Shown one piece after another: positions 38,263 through 47,112 of a stretch of DNA of 64,000 nt. The number at the start of each line of letters is the position of its first letter. Position 1 is the stretch's first letter. This stretch comes from Methanosarcinales archaeon (lineage in GTDB: Archaea > Halobacteriota > UBA148 > JAUWXC01): assembly GCA_026016205.1 (NCBI GenBank), contig CP061209.1, forward strand, positions 117,469-181,468. The letters run 5' to 3'. The translations under genes were made by a program, and so were the position numbers. Below the pieces are notes generated by a model. It was not told the origin of the DNA. It searched no databases and saw only the letters and a program-made list of their open reading frames with translations.

Positions 38263-39522
38263 ATGCCTATAAGCGTGCCTATAAGAAAAATAAGAGTAAC
38301 AAACTTTAAGAGTTTTAAGGAATTGGAGGTAGAGCTTGGCAAGTTCAATGTGCTAATTGGTGCCAACGCTTCTGGAAAGTCTAATTTTGTTCAAATCTTT
38401 AAATTTCTGAGGGATATAACAGATTTTGGTTTAGATAACGCAATATCTATGCAAGGCGGCGTTGAATATCTAAGGAATGTAAAAATCGGTCGATCTGAGA
38501 TTTTTTCGATAAATGTTGTTTCTGACAAAAAATTTCGCTTGTCAAGAAAGATAAATGAAGACCGAATAGGTGTGGAAACATACAAAATGATTTACGAGTT
38601 TGCCATAAGGTTTAAAAGTAGAGGGACCGGGTATGAAATTGTCAAGGACAAGTTAATCCAGAAATGTATATTTAATAAATTAGAGAAACGAGGGAAAGAG
38701 ATAAAAGTAAAAGAAAAACTTGGGAAAGGAGAAATTATCCTTTCCCATGCTAACGGAAAAGTGAATATTAGTTTAAAGAAACCAGAAAAAGTACCGATAA
38801 ACAAAGATGATATGTATCCACCATTTTTGATAGAAAAAAGATTACCTTCCAATAGGCTTCTTCTTGAAACGATCTTTTTTATGCCCCTGTTGGAGATGAC
38901 CTTTAGTGAGATTTCTTTATACGATTTTGATCCAAAGCTACCTAAAAAAGCTACACCAATAACTGGAAAAGCTGAATTAGAAGAGGACGGGGCCAATTTA
39001 TCCATCGTTCTCAAAAATATTCTAGAACACAAAGACGAAAAAAGAAAGCTTTTTAATTTGGTGAAAGATATTTTACCGTTCATAGACGATCTTGGTGTAG
39101 AAAAATTTGCAGACAAGTCTTTACTCTTCAAATTACGAGAAATATATTCTAAAGGGCAATATTTGCCCGCCTCTCTGATTTCTGATGGGACAATAAATGT
39201 AACAGCTCTAATTGTTGCTTTATATTTTGAGAAAAAACCATTAACCATAATCGAGGAGCCTGGAAGAAATATACACCCACACCTTATTTCTAAAGTAATG
39301 GGCATGATGAAAGACGCATCGCGGAAGAAGCAGATTATCGTTACTACTCACAACCCCGAAATAATAAAATATGCATGTTTGGATGACATTTTGCTTGTTT
39401 CTCGTGATAAAGATGGCTTTTCCACAGTCTCCAGACCGGGTGATAAGGAGGAAGTAAAAATATTTCTAAAAAACGAAATAGGAATAGAAGAACTTTATGT
39501 ACAAAATTTACTGGGTGTATAA
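38263..39522 (+). CDS. ABC/SMC-like ATPase of the AAA_15/AAA_21 (OLD/AriA/Abi-associated) type
   Basis: Walker A 'GANASGKSN' at the N-terminus; C-terminal 'LTIIEEPGRNIHPHL' (Walker B/D-loop) and 'VTTHNPEII' (H-loop). Confidence 0.7.
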   Translation: MPISVPIRKIRVTNFKSFKELEVELGKFNVLIGANASGKSNFVQIFKFLRDITDFGLDNAISMQGGVEYLRNVKIGRSEIFSINVVSDKKFRLSRKINEDRIGVETYKMIYEFAIRFKSRGTGYEIVKDKLIQKCIFNKLEKRGKEIKVKEKLGKGEIILSHANGKVNISLKKPEKVPINKDDMYPPFLIEKRLPSNRLLLETIFFMPLLEMTFSEISLYDFDPKLPKKATPITGKAELEEDGANLSIVLKNILEHKDEKRKLFNLVKDILPFIDDLGVEKFADKSLLFKLREIYSKGQYLPASLISDGTINVTALIVALYFEKKPLTIIEEPGRNIHPHLISKVMGMMKDASRKKQIIVTTHNPEIIKYACLDDILLVSRDKDGFSTVSRPGDKEEVKIFLKNEIGIEELYVQNLLGV

Positions 39523-39524
39523 GT

Positions 39525-40058
39525 GTGGGATATAAAAGATTATTTATTCTTGTTGAAGGCGAGGACGATATAAGGTTTTTTGATAGAATAATAAAGCCAA
39601 TACACCAGAAAAAGTATGATTTAGTAGAAGTAATACGATTTGCCAGAATGAAAGAAGACAAACGTGACGATTTTCTTAAGAGTATTCAAGCAATGAACGC
39701 TGATTATATTTATGCGACTGATATTGATGATGCACCATGTGTAACGGCCAAAAAGCAAGAAATACAAAATAGACTAAGAAATTTGGATACGAACAGGACA
39801 ATCGTGATACTAAAGGAAATAGAGAGTTGGTATCTTGCTGGATTAAGTAATGAAGATTTGCAAAAATTCAAAATTCGTTCATTTGGAGCTACGGAGGATA
39901 TTAATAAAGAACAATTTAATAGTTTAATTCCTAAAAAGTTCAGTTCCAGGATAGACTTCATGTTAGAAATTCTGAAATCTTTTTCTAATGAAATAGCAAA
40001 GCAGAAGAATGGGTCATTTAGGTATTTTATCGAGAAATATTGTTGCGAAGTCTCCTAG
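39525..40058 (+). CDS. small TOPRIM-like protein (DUF4435/DUF3226-like), partner of the upstream ATPase
   Basis: 'RLFILVEGEDDIRFF' (TOPRIM Glu) and downstream 'YATDIDDAP' (DxD); 2-nt gap after the ATPase stop. Confidence 0.5.
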   Translation: MGYKRLFILVEGEDDIRFFDRIIKPIHQKKYDLVEVIRFARMKEDKRDDFLKSIQAMNADYIYATDIDDAPCVTAKKQEIQNRLRNLDTNRTIVILKEIESWYLAGLSNEDLQKFKIRSFGATEDINKEQFNSLIPKKFSSRIDFMLEILKSFSNEIAKQKNGSFRYFIEKYCCEVS

Positions 40059-40163
40059 GGATGTTGGCAACAACATATATCTGGTTCGAGATTCGCCCTT
40101 CTTAAATCCTTATTTCGCTCGTAACCAGATAAGATTTGCTGGGTTTGGATTATTTGGACGTTT

Positions 40164-43100
40164 TTACGCAGTCGCCTCTTCAACGATTTTGATTTCATTA
40201 TCTGTCAACCCATACAACTCATACACCATTTGATCAATCGTTCTATCTGTTTCCTCAACTTCCTTCTCTATTTTCTCCTTCCGCTCCAACGCAGGCAAGA
40301 ACGGATCCATAATCTCATCGATGACTTGTTGGTTTTTGGTCTTGTCCCTGTTGTTAAAAATTGGGATGTTATTTATCTTCAAAATCCGGTCCAGAAGATT
40401 GCCCGTACTAATGCTCTTGCGATAATTCAAAATGCAGTGCTTTATGAATTGCTGGAAGTTGGTATTTCCAAATCGACATTTTAAAACATCAAAATTCTCA
40501 ATCAATTCCTCATTTTCATCTACATAATCCACAGAAACAAATAGCCAATCGCCTTCCTCGCGTACTTTGGCCTTTTTAATTTTGCCCCGAATCCCATTGG
40601 CGTTGTTCAAGGTTTTTCTATCATTCATGCTGAGTTGATTAAAGTAGAATCCGAGATCCGTATCCTTGATTTTTGGGTGCAAATCGACATACTCGAAGAA
40701 GTTTGTGTTGATGGTTTGGAGCTCTTTGTTAAGGGAGAGCATTTTGTCGGCGAGGGTGATGAGGGGTTGCTGTTTAATTTTAGGAATATTCTTAATTGGT
40801 AGTTTCTTGAAATCGTCTGGGTAAAAATAATACTCAATCCTATGTCTCCTTATGGTATTTAAATAGAATTTTGCAAATTTTGAATTTAATATTGCAAGGA
40901 TGTATTTAAGGTCGAAATTATCAGATATGCCTTCTAATTCCTTCCTGGTTTTAATGGTCCATTTTTTTATGCTGTTCTCTATGCTTCGGTTTGAAACCGA
41001 TTTTAAGTCATCATGTTTTACCATAACATTGATGCTATGATTGCATACTACTCCACTTTCATCATACGTTCCATCTACCGTAGCACCCCTGATTATTTTA
41101 GGTGGGACATACAATTCAGGAAATGTTGGTCTAACCAATTTTTTAGGGCTTCTTTCAGTGTCCCATTCTAGATATCGAATTTCATTAATTTTATACCTCT
41201 CAATATATTTGGCCTCTACATATGGTTTTTTGTTAATTTCAGTAGGTATTTTAGAAATCAAATCGTCCTTTTTGAATTCTCCCTTCCAACACCTCTCATC
41301 ACTATTCGGTCTTAACCCATAGCTTACATAGCAGATATTTCCTAATGATTCGGTATCTTCAAATTTATCGTCAAAGTCTATTTCTGCGCTTATCCTAAAC
41401 ATCTTTTTGATATCATCAGATGGTCCAAGTTCTTTGATATTTTCAAAAGAATTCGTATGCAGAATCCTTCTCGTTTTCCCCTTCTTTTTGGACTTTTTAA
41501 TGGTGAGTATAACACTTTCAACACCAACACCTTGAAACACTTTAACATTCTTAAAAAAGTCGATTTGTACTAAATAGTAATTATCTAAAATATGCCTTTT
41601 TAGTTTATCAGCAAACTTAGAAGTATTAAATGAATTTGAAACTATAAAAGAGAACATACCCCCCTCTTTAAGCAATTTTAATCCTCGTTCGATAAATGCG
41701 ATAAATAAATCCCATTTTTCATATAATGTTTCATATTGGCCAGAAGATTCCATCCATTTTCTTTGTTTTTGGTACTTTTCGTCGTCTACATCTGCCCTGA
41801 CATATGGCGGATTCCCAATTACAACATCAAAGCCACCGTTCTCAAAAACATCTGGAAAAACATCTTCCCAATCGAATGGACGCTTCTCTTTCCAATCATC
41901 ACCGAAGTATTGTTTTAATTCATCTTCTGTGCCGGAGATCAGGCTGTTACCACATGCGATGTTGTTCTCCAGTTTGTTCAGAGGAGTGTCTTTTCGAATG
42001 CTTCTGAGCCATAAATTGATTTTTGTAATCTCGACTGATTCGGGGTTAAAGTCTACGCCATGTATATTCTCTGTTAAAATCTTCTTGACACTTTCTTCTT
42101 CTATTTTTGGCAGCTCTTCCTTCTCCCATTTTTTGAAATCCTCTTTTGATAAATTGTGTTTGTTCTTCTGGATTATTCGCTTGATGCGCTCCTGATTTAG
42201 GCGTTTTAACCTGTCATATGCCTTGATTAAGAATGCGCCAGAACCGCAGGCAGGGTCTAATATCTTGGAGTCTGCCGTAATCCCAACATTATCGATGATG
42301 TAATCAACAACATATTGCGGCGTATAGTATTGCCCGAATTTCTTCCGTTCCTGATTATCGGCAACCCACCCCAAGCCCTTTTCCAGTTCCTGAAGCGTGT
42401 TGCCGAGATAATTTTCGTAGATTCTGCCCAGAATGTCGGCGTCTATCGTGGAGAAATCATATTCATACAACCCCAGGATGATTTTCTCAAAAACGTTTTT
42501 GTCGATGATAAGATCTTCACACGGATGTTTCGCGAATAACTCGCCATCATAAATATCATCGAATTCTCTGTAATGAAGTTTCAAGCCACGTATAAACAAC
42601 TCGTTTGACCTGGCTGCCTTGTAGAAGTATTCGAACATCTCTTTTAAGCGCCCAAACCTCAAGATATCTCTGTCTTCACAAATCTTAAAGAATAAAAATC
42701 GATCCAATATGATTTGAATGCCTTCCCGCAGTTTATCTGCCGAGTACTTGTCCTTGTTATTTTTCAAAATAGAATTGGTCAAATCGCTTCTGCAATCCAG
42801 CAGGAACTTGACGATTTGTTCATCCACAGGCGGCCTAAATGCCCGCGCCCCTTTGAAGTACTCATCCAGTTTTCCGGCTATGATGTGTTCTCTGGCAAGA
42901 AGTTTGATTTTGTTAAAATTATTGTCCTTTAAGAAATCATCGATCTCAAAATCGAAGGCAATTCTATCTTTATGGGTGCCCTTCCAATACGCGTTGAATA
43001 GCATCCACCTTTTGCCATTGGTTAATAGCGCCCAATTTACGCCGCTGTTGTATGCGTAATTGATTGCTTGTTCAATGTAGGTTCTTTTTCCACCACCCTT

Positions 43101-43388
43101 GGATATCTCGACCCCCTCTAAATTCTTGTCGAGGGCTTTCGCTTCGATGTAAATTTTCGGCTTTCCATCAACCTTTAGCGCATAATCTGCCCTTATTCTC
43201 CCCTCGACCTTTTGCTCTTTCTTGACCTCCAAGTGGTCCTGTAAATTCCAACCCAAAATTTTTAGAAACTCGTCGATGATGCTCGATTTGACGTCTTCTT
43301 CATCTTTTAATGTATCAGAGATAGTATGAAAGCGCTGGACAAACAACTCCATTCTATCATAAATTTCTTTGTCTAAATCCCTCTCCAC
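40164..43388 (-). CDS. Type IIG (Type IIL, MmeI-like) fused restriction endonuclease/N6-adenine methyltransferase/TRD
   Basis: N-terminal PD-ExK 'RIRADYAL...IYIEAKAL'; MTase motif I 'ILDPACGSGAFLIKAY' and motif IV 'VIGNPPYV'; about 1074 aa. Confidence 0.7.
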   Translation of the reverse strand: MERDLDKEIYDRMELFVQRFHTISDTLKDEEDVKSSIIDEFLKILGWNLQDHLEVKKEQKVEGRIRADYALKVDGKPKIYIEAKALDKNLEGVEISKGGGKRTYIEQAINYAYNSGVNWALLTNGKRWMLFNAYWKGTHKDRIAFDFEIDDFLKDNNFNKIKLLAREHIIAGKLDEYFKGARAFRPPVDEQIVKFLLDCRSDLTNSILKNNKDKYSADKLREGIQIILDRFLFFKICEDRDILRFGRLKEMFEYFYKAARSNELFIRGLKLHYREFDDIYDGELFAKHPCEDLIIDKNVFEKIILGLYEYDFSTIDADILGRIYENYLGNTLQELEKGLGWVADNQERKKFGQYYTPQYVVDYIIDNVGITADSKILDPACGSGAFLIKAYDRLKRLNQERIKRIIQKNKHNLSKEDFKKWEKEELPKIEEESVKKILTENIHGVDFNPESVEITKINLWLRSIRKDTPLNKLENNIACGNSLISGTEDELKQYFGDDWKEKRPFDWEDVFPDVFENGGFDVVIGNPPYVRADVDDEKYQKQRKWMESSGQYETLYEKWDLFIAFIERGLKLLKEGGMFSFIVSNSFNTSKFADKLKRHILDNYYLVQIDFFKNVKVFQGVGVESVILTIKKSKKKGKTRRILHTNSFENIKELGPSDDIKKMFRISAEIDFDDKFEDTESLGNICYVSYGLRPNSDERCWKGEFKKDDLISKIPTEINKKPYVEAKYIERYKINEIRYLEWDTERSPKKLVRPTFPELYVPPKIIRGATVDGTYDESGVVCNHSINVMVKHDDLKSVSNRSIENSIKKWTIKTRKELEGISDNFDLKYILAILNSKFAKFYLNTIRRHRIEYYFYPDDFKKLPIKNIPKIKQQPLITLADKMLSLNKELQTINTNFFEYVDLHPKIKDTDLGFYFNQLSMNDRKTLNNANGIRGKIKKAKVREEGDWLFVSVDYVDENEELIENFDVLKCRFGNTNFQQFIKHCILNYRKSISTGNLLDRILKINNIPIFNNRDKTKNQQVIDEIMDPFLPALERKEKIEKEVEETDRTIDQMVYELYGLTDNEIKIVEEATA

Positions 43389-43535
43389 AGTTCATCATCC
43401 CTTTCAACGTATTCAACTACTATCTATCACCTTCAATCCTCTTAAATATACATTCCCAAAATACCCATTAATGAATCTTACCCAAGCGCACCGCGAAACT
43501 AAAAAAAATCACAACGTCATCTTGCGTCCAAGGCC

Positions 43536-44435
43536 TCATCCCAAAACTCTAACCAACAACGCCATCTGCGCATACAACCTGTTCTCAGCCTGCTTGAAAA
43601 TCGCGGAGTGTGCGCCTTCTAAAACGTCATCCGTAATCTCCTCGCCTCTGTGCGCTGGCAGGCAGTGCATGACGATGACATCGTCTTTTGCCATCTTCAC
43701 GATGTCCGCATTGATCTGGAATCCCTGGAAATCGTGCATCCTTTTCTCTTTCTGCGCCTCATCGCCCATCGACGCCCAGACATCCGTGTAGAGCACGTCC
43801 GCATCTTCAGCAGCCTCTTTCGGGTCATGCGTGATTTTCACGTTTACTCCGAGCCCTCTCGCCCTGCTCACGATTTTTTCATCCGGCTCATACCCCTTCG
43901 GACAGGCTACCACGACATTCATCCCGACCAGTGCACCCGCTAAAATGGAAGAGTTGCAGACGTTGTTGCCATCTCCAATCCATCCGAATTTCAATCCTGA
44001 AAACCCCTTCTTGAATTCGTAAATCGTCAGCAAATCCGCAAGGGACTGGCAGGGATGTTCGATTTCAGTCAGTGCATTGATGACGGGGACGCTCGCATGT
44101 TTTGCAAACTCGGTTACCACATCATGCCTCCCTCTGATTACTACACCATCCACATATCCGGACAGGGCGCGTGCCGTATCTTTTATCAATTCGCCTCTAC
44201 CAATCTGCAGGTCCTGCCAGTTGAGGTATAACGCATGCCCACCCAGGGACGTCATCGCAACCTCGAATGAGACGCGCGTTCGGGTGGACGGCTTCTCGAA
44301 CAACATCGCCAGACTTTTGTTCTGCAACATGTCCAGCGTCTTGCCCCTCTTTCGCCTCTCCTTTAAATCCTCTGCCTTTTCGAGTATGTCGGTAATGTCC
44401 TCGTGCGTTAAATCATACATCGAAATGAAGTTCAT
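43536..44435 (-). CDS. argF: ornithine carbamoyltransferase
   Basis: 'STRTRVSFE', 'HCLPAHRGEE' motifs. Confidence 0.9.
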   Translation of the reverse strand: MNFISMYDLTHEDITDILEKAEDLKERRKRGKTLDMLQNKSLAMLFEKPSTRTRVSFEVAMTSLGGHALYLNWQDLQIGRGELIKDTARALSGYVDGVVIRGRHDVVTEFAKHASVPVINALTEIEHPCQSLADLLTIYEFKKGFSGLKFGWIGDGNNVCNSSILAGALVGMNVVVACPKGYEPDEKIVSRARGLGVNVKITHDPKEAAEDADVLYTDVWASMGDEAQKEKRMHDFQGFQINADIVKMAKDDVIVMHCLPAHRGEEITDDVLEGAHSAIFKQAENRLYAQMALLVRVLG

Positions 44436-44436
44436 C

Positions 44437-45816
44437 TTATCCTCTCAACGATTCCATATGCTTTACACTTTTCTCTATATGCCCTTCTGAACCGATATCC
44501 CACCTGTTCCATAATGCCCCGTCAATGTTGACGATGCCATCCAGTGAGATGTTTCGTGCATCTTCAATGCTGTCTCCAATGCCCACCGTGCATACGGCTC
44601 TTGAGCCCAATGCATATGTTCCATCATCCCTGAGCTCCATGGATCCTGGATAAATCCTGATTGCATCTCCATATTTTTCACTGAGTTCATATGCTTTGCT
44701 GAGGTCTACCCTCATGTCGCCTGAGAAAGTCTTCCTGTATCCGCCGTAGGCCATCGGAACTGCATAGGTTACGACGCTCGCCTTGCTGGCAAAGTTCAAT
44801 TTTGTTAGATTTTCATCGAGCATGCGGAAACAGACGTCCACGAAGTCATCCTTCAAAGTCGCGAACAGATTTATCGACTCCGGGTCTCCAGGGCGGGAAT
44901 TGACCTCCAGTACCTTGACCCCGTCTCTTGCGCAGGTATATGCCATGTACAGGGGTACTCCTCTCAGGGAAGTGTTGTCTCCGTCGTCCTTCACTTCATC
45001 GAATATCTTTTTGCCGATTTCCAGCGCATCATCCCAGTCCTTCTGGTCCATGAAAGGCAGTTTATTGCCAGCATCCTTGTAAGCGCCCATGCCGCCCGTG
45101 TTCACTCCTAAGTCCCCGTCAAACGCCCTCTTATAATCCCGTACCGCTGGCGTTGCGATAAGATGTTTTCCATCTGAAACAAACTGCAGGCTGAACTCCT
45201 CGCCATCCACCTTTTCCTCTATTATCACGGTACCATGTTCATAGCAGGTTAAAAAATGTGCAAATAATTGCTCCCTGTTCGAGAAATGGTCTCCCCAGAC
45301 GCCTACGCCCTTTCCCGTCGCAGGAGCATCCGGCTTTACGACGGCATTATTTTCAAGTTCATCCAGCCACGCCCATACCTCTTTTTTTACCTCATCCTTG
45401 CTGGAGCAGTCCTTCGGGTCAAATACCTTGAACCTGGGATTGGCATCCGGACAGCATTTTTTCAGCAGGTGGCGCTGTAACACCTTGCTTTTTTCAATGG
45501 CATACTCCTTCGCGGGACAGATCATCGGGATTTTCGCCTCCTTCTCGACAACATCCCTGATGCCATCTATTATGGGCCCCTCTGGACCGACGATTCCAAA
45601 ATCAATCTCATCCTGATGTTTTCTGGCAAAGTCGCATATTTTTTGCGTAGTCAGTCCGATTTCCTGTGCCGCCGCCCTCTCGAGTATGAATGGATTTTTC
45701 TGTTTGTCTGCATCGAAAATGCTCACATCGTAATTCTCACTTCTACATAAGGCATCGGCGATGGCAGCCGCCCTTGAGCCGTAACTAACGAGCAAAACGC
45801 CGACCTTTTCCATCAC
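44437..45816 (-). CDS. purD: phosphoribosylamine--glycine ligase
   Basis: ATP-grasp PurD blocks; 459 aa. Confidence 0.9.
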   Translation of the reverse strand: MMEKVGVLLVSYGSRAAAIADALCRSENYDVSIFDADKQKNPFILERAAAQEIGLTTQKICDFARKHQDEIDFGIVGPEGPIIDGIRDVVEKEAKIPMICPAKEYAIEKSKVLQRHLLKKCCPDANPRFKVFDPKDCSSKDEVKKEVWAWLDELENNAVVKPDAPATGKGVGVWGDHFSNREQLFAHFLTCYEHGTVIIEEKVDGEEFSLQFVSDGKHLIATPAVRDYKRAFDGDLGVNTGGMGAYKDAGNKLPFMDQKDWDDALEIGKKIFDEVKDDGDNTSLRGVPLYMAYTCARDGVKVLEVNSRPGDPESINLFATLKDDFVDVCFRMLDENLTKLNFASKASVVTYAVPMAYGGYRKTFSGDMRVDLSKAYELSEKYGDAIRIYPGSMELRDDGTYALGSRAVCTVGIGDSIEDARNISLDGIVNIDGALWNRWDIGSEGHIEKSVKHMESLRG

Positions 45817-46346
45817 AATAACTCCTTTGCTTTTACTATGGGCACAAATGAAACGCCCATCTTCTTCAAATTCTCCTCGGCGCCTTCTTCCCTATCCACG
45901 ACCACGATAACCGTATCCACGATTGCCCCGAGTTCGCGCAACGTCTTGACAGCCTTTGCAGCCCCTGCTCCGGTGGTTGCAACATCCTCGATTACGGTGA
46001 CCCTCTCTCCAGAAGCAAATCCCCCCTCTATTTTTTTACGAGTCCCGTATTCTTTTTTCTCTTTTCTTACTATAATATAGGGCAAGCCACTCTGGACACT
46101 GGTCACCGCTGCCAGGGGAACGGATCCCAGCTCGATGCCAGCAAGCCGCTGCGTACCGGGTGGAATCATCTTTGCGATCTCCTCACTGAGGATTCTCAGA
46201 CACTCCGGGTCTGTCTCGAAGATGTATTTGTCAATGTAGTAATTGCTCTTCTTGCCGGATGCCAGCGTAAAATCGCCAAACTTGACGGCTTTTTTTAGCG
46301 CGTTCATCAGTTCACGTTTCATCTTCATCACCTTTTGTCCGTTCAT
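45813..46346 (-). CDS. pyrE: orotate phosphoribosyltransferase
   Basis: PRPP-binding 'VTVIEDVATTGAG'; about 177 aa. Confidence 0.85.
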   Translation of the reverse strand: MNGQKVMKMKRELMNALKKAVKFGDFTLASGKKSNYYIDKYIFETDPECLRILSEEIAKMIPPGTQRLAGIELGSVPLAAVTSVQSGLPYIIVRKEKKEYGTRKKIEGGFASGERVTVIEDVATTGAGAAKAVKTLRELGAIVDTVIVVVDREEGAEENLKKMGVSFVPIVKAKELL

Positions 46347-46488
46347 CGCTTACACATACACAATCCGTGCATGCACTCAACAGGGGATAGAAATGGGATG
46401 CACATACTCTCTTGCCACACAGCATGCATACTCTGGTCTGCGCCTTTTTATGGCATATTTCACAGCGGCCTGAAACATCACTTACCAT
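46312..46488 (-). CDS. possible small Zn-ribbon protein (58 aa, not in the ORF track)
   Basis: hand translation MVSDVSGRCEICHKKAQTRVCMLCGKRVCASHF... shows CxxC...CxxC; overlaps the pyrE start by 35 nt. Confidence 0.25.
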   Translation of the reverse strand: MVSDVSGRCEICHKKAQTRVCMLCGKRVCASHFYPLLSACTDCVCVSDERTKGDEDET

Positions 46489-47024
46489 GGCACATCCTTC
46501 TTTCCTAATTTGTAGCCAATAACATTAACCGTTTTGTGTAAAATTGGGGTAATAACTATTACTGCAATCATCACATGCAGAGTGAAATTGGTAATAAACC
46601 ACTCGCGAGAGAAGGCATAGGTGAGCACCCATGCGCCGAGAACCAGGTCCAATTGGTCCACCAGCCGCAGTGGCACGCCCTGCTTCAGTCCAAATCTCCT
46701 CTTAAAAAAACTCTTTACGACATCTCCTGTCATTGCACCCAAGGGCAGACAGATCAACGCAGAGGTGGTGAAATCCGGGTACCCAATATATGGGACCGTA
46801 AAGTTTTGCACAAGGCCAACGACAATCCCGCTAAGCACTCCCAATATAAATCCTCTGTAGGTCTTTCCATCTCCCAGAATGCGCTTGCCGTCCCTGAACA
46901 TTTTTCCAAAATCGATTGCAATGCCCCTTCCGACAAGGGCGGCGCATATGTTAGGGATGTATGCCGGCATCATCAGCCAGATTGCAGTTATTGTTATTTC
47001 GAGCAATGTCAACACCGAAAACAT
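46482..47024 (-). CDS. carS: CDP-archaeol synthase
   Basis: 'GDGKTYRGF' motif, 5-TM, about 180 aa. Confidence 0.75.
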   Translation of the reverse strand: MFSVLTLLEITITAIWLMMPAYIPNICAALVGRGIAIDFGKMFRDGKRILGDGKTYRGFILGVLSGIVVGLVQNFTVPYIGYPDFTTSALICLPLGAMTGDVVKSFFKRRFGLKQGVPLRLVDQLDLVLGAWVLTYAFSREWFITNFTLHVMIAVIVITPILHKTVNVIGYKLGKKDVPW

Positions 47025-47112
47025 TTTTACCTACGCAGTGATGAAACTATGAATGTTTAAATTATTCGGAAATATTATCTTATGATAGATTATGTGTTAG
47101 CAGGAGAAAGGT

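Noticed and set aside
43381-43540. Direct repeat of the tRNA-Thr 3' end marking the distal island boundary (attR)
   Set aside because: Only a weak 9/13 match (TTCAATCCTCTTA vs TTCAATTCCCTCC). Not convincing, and no integrase present.
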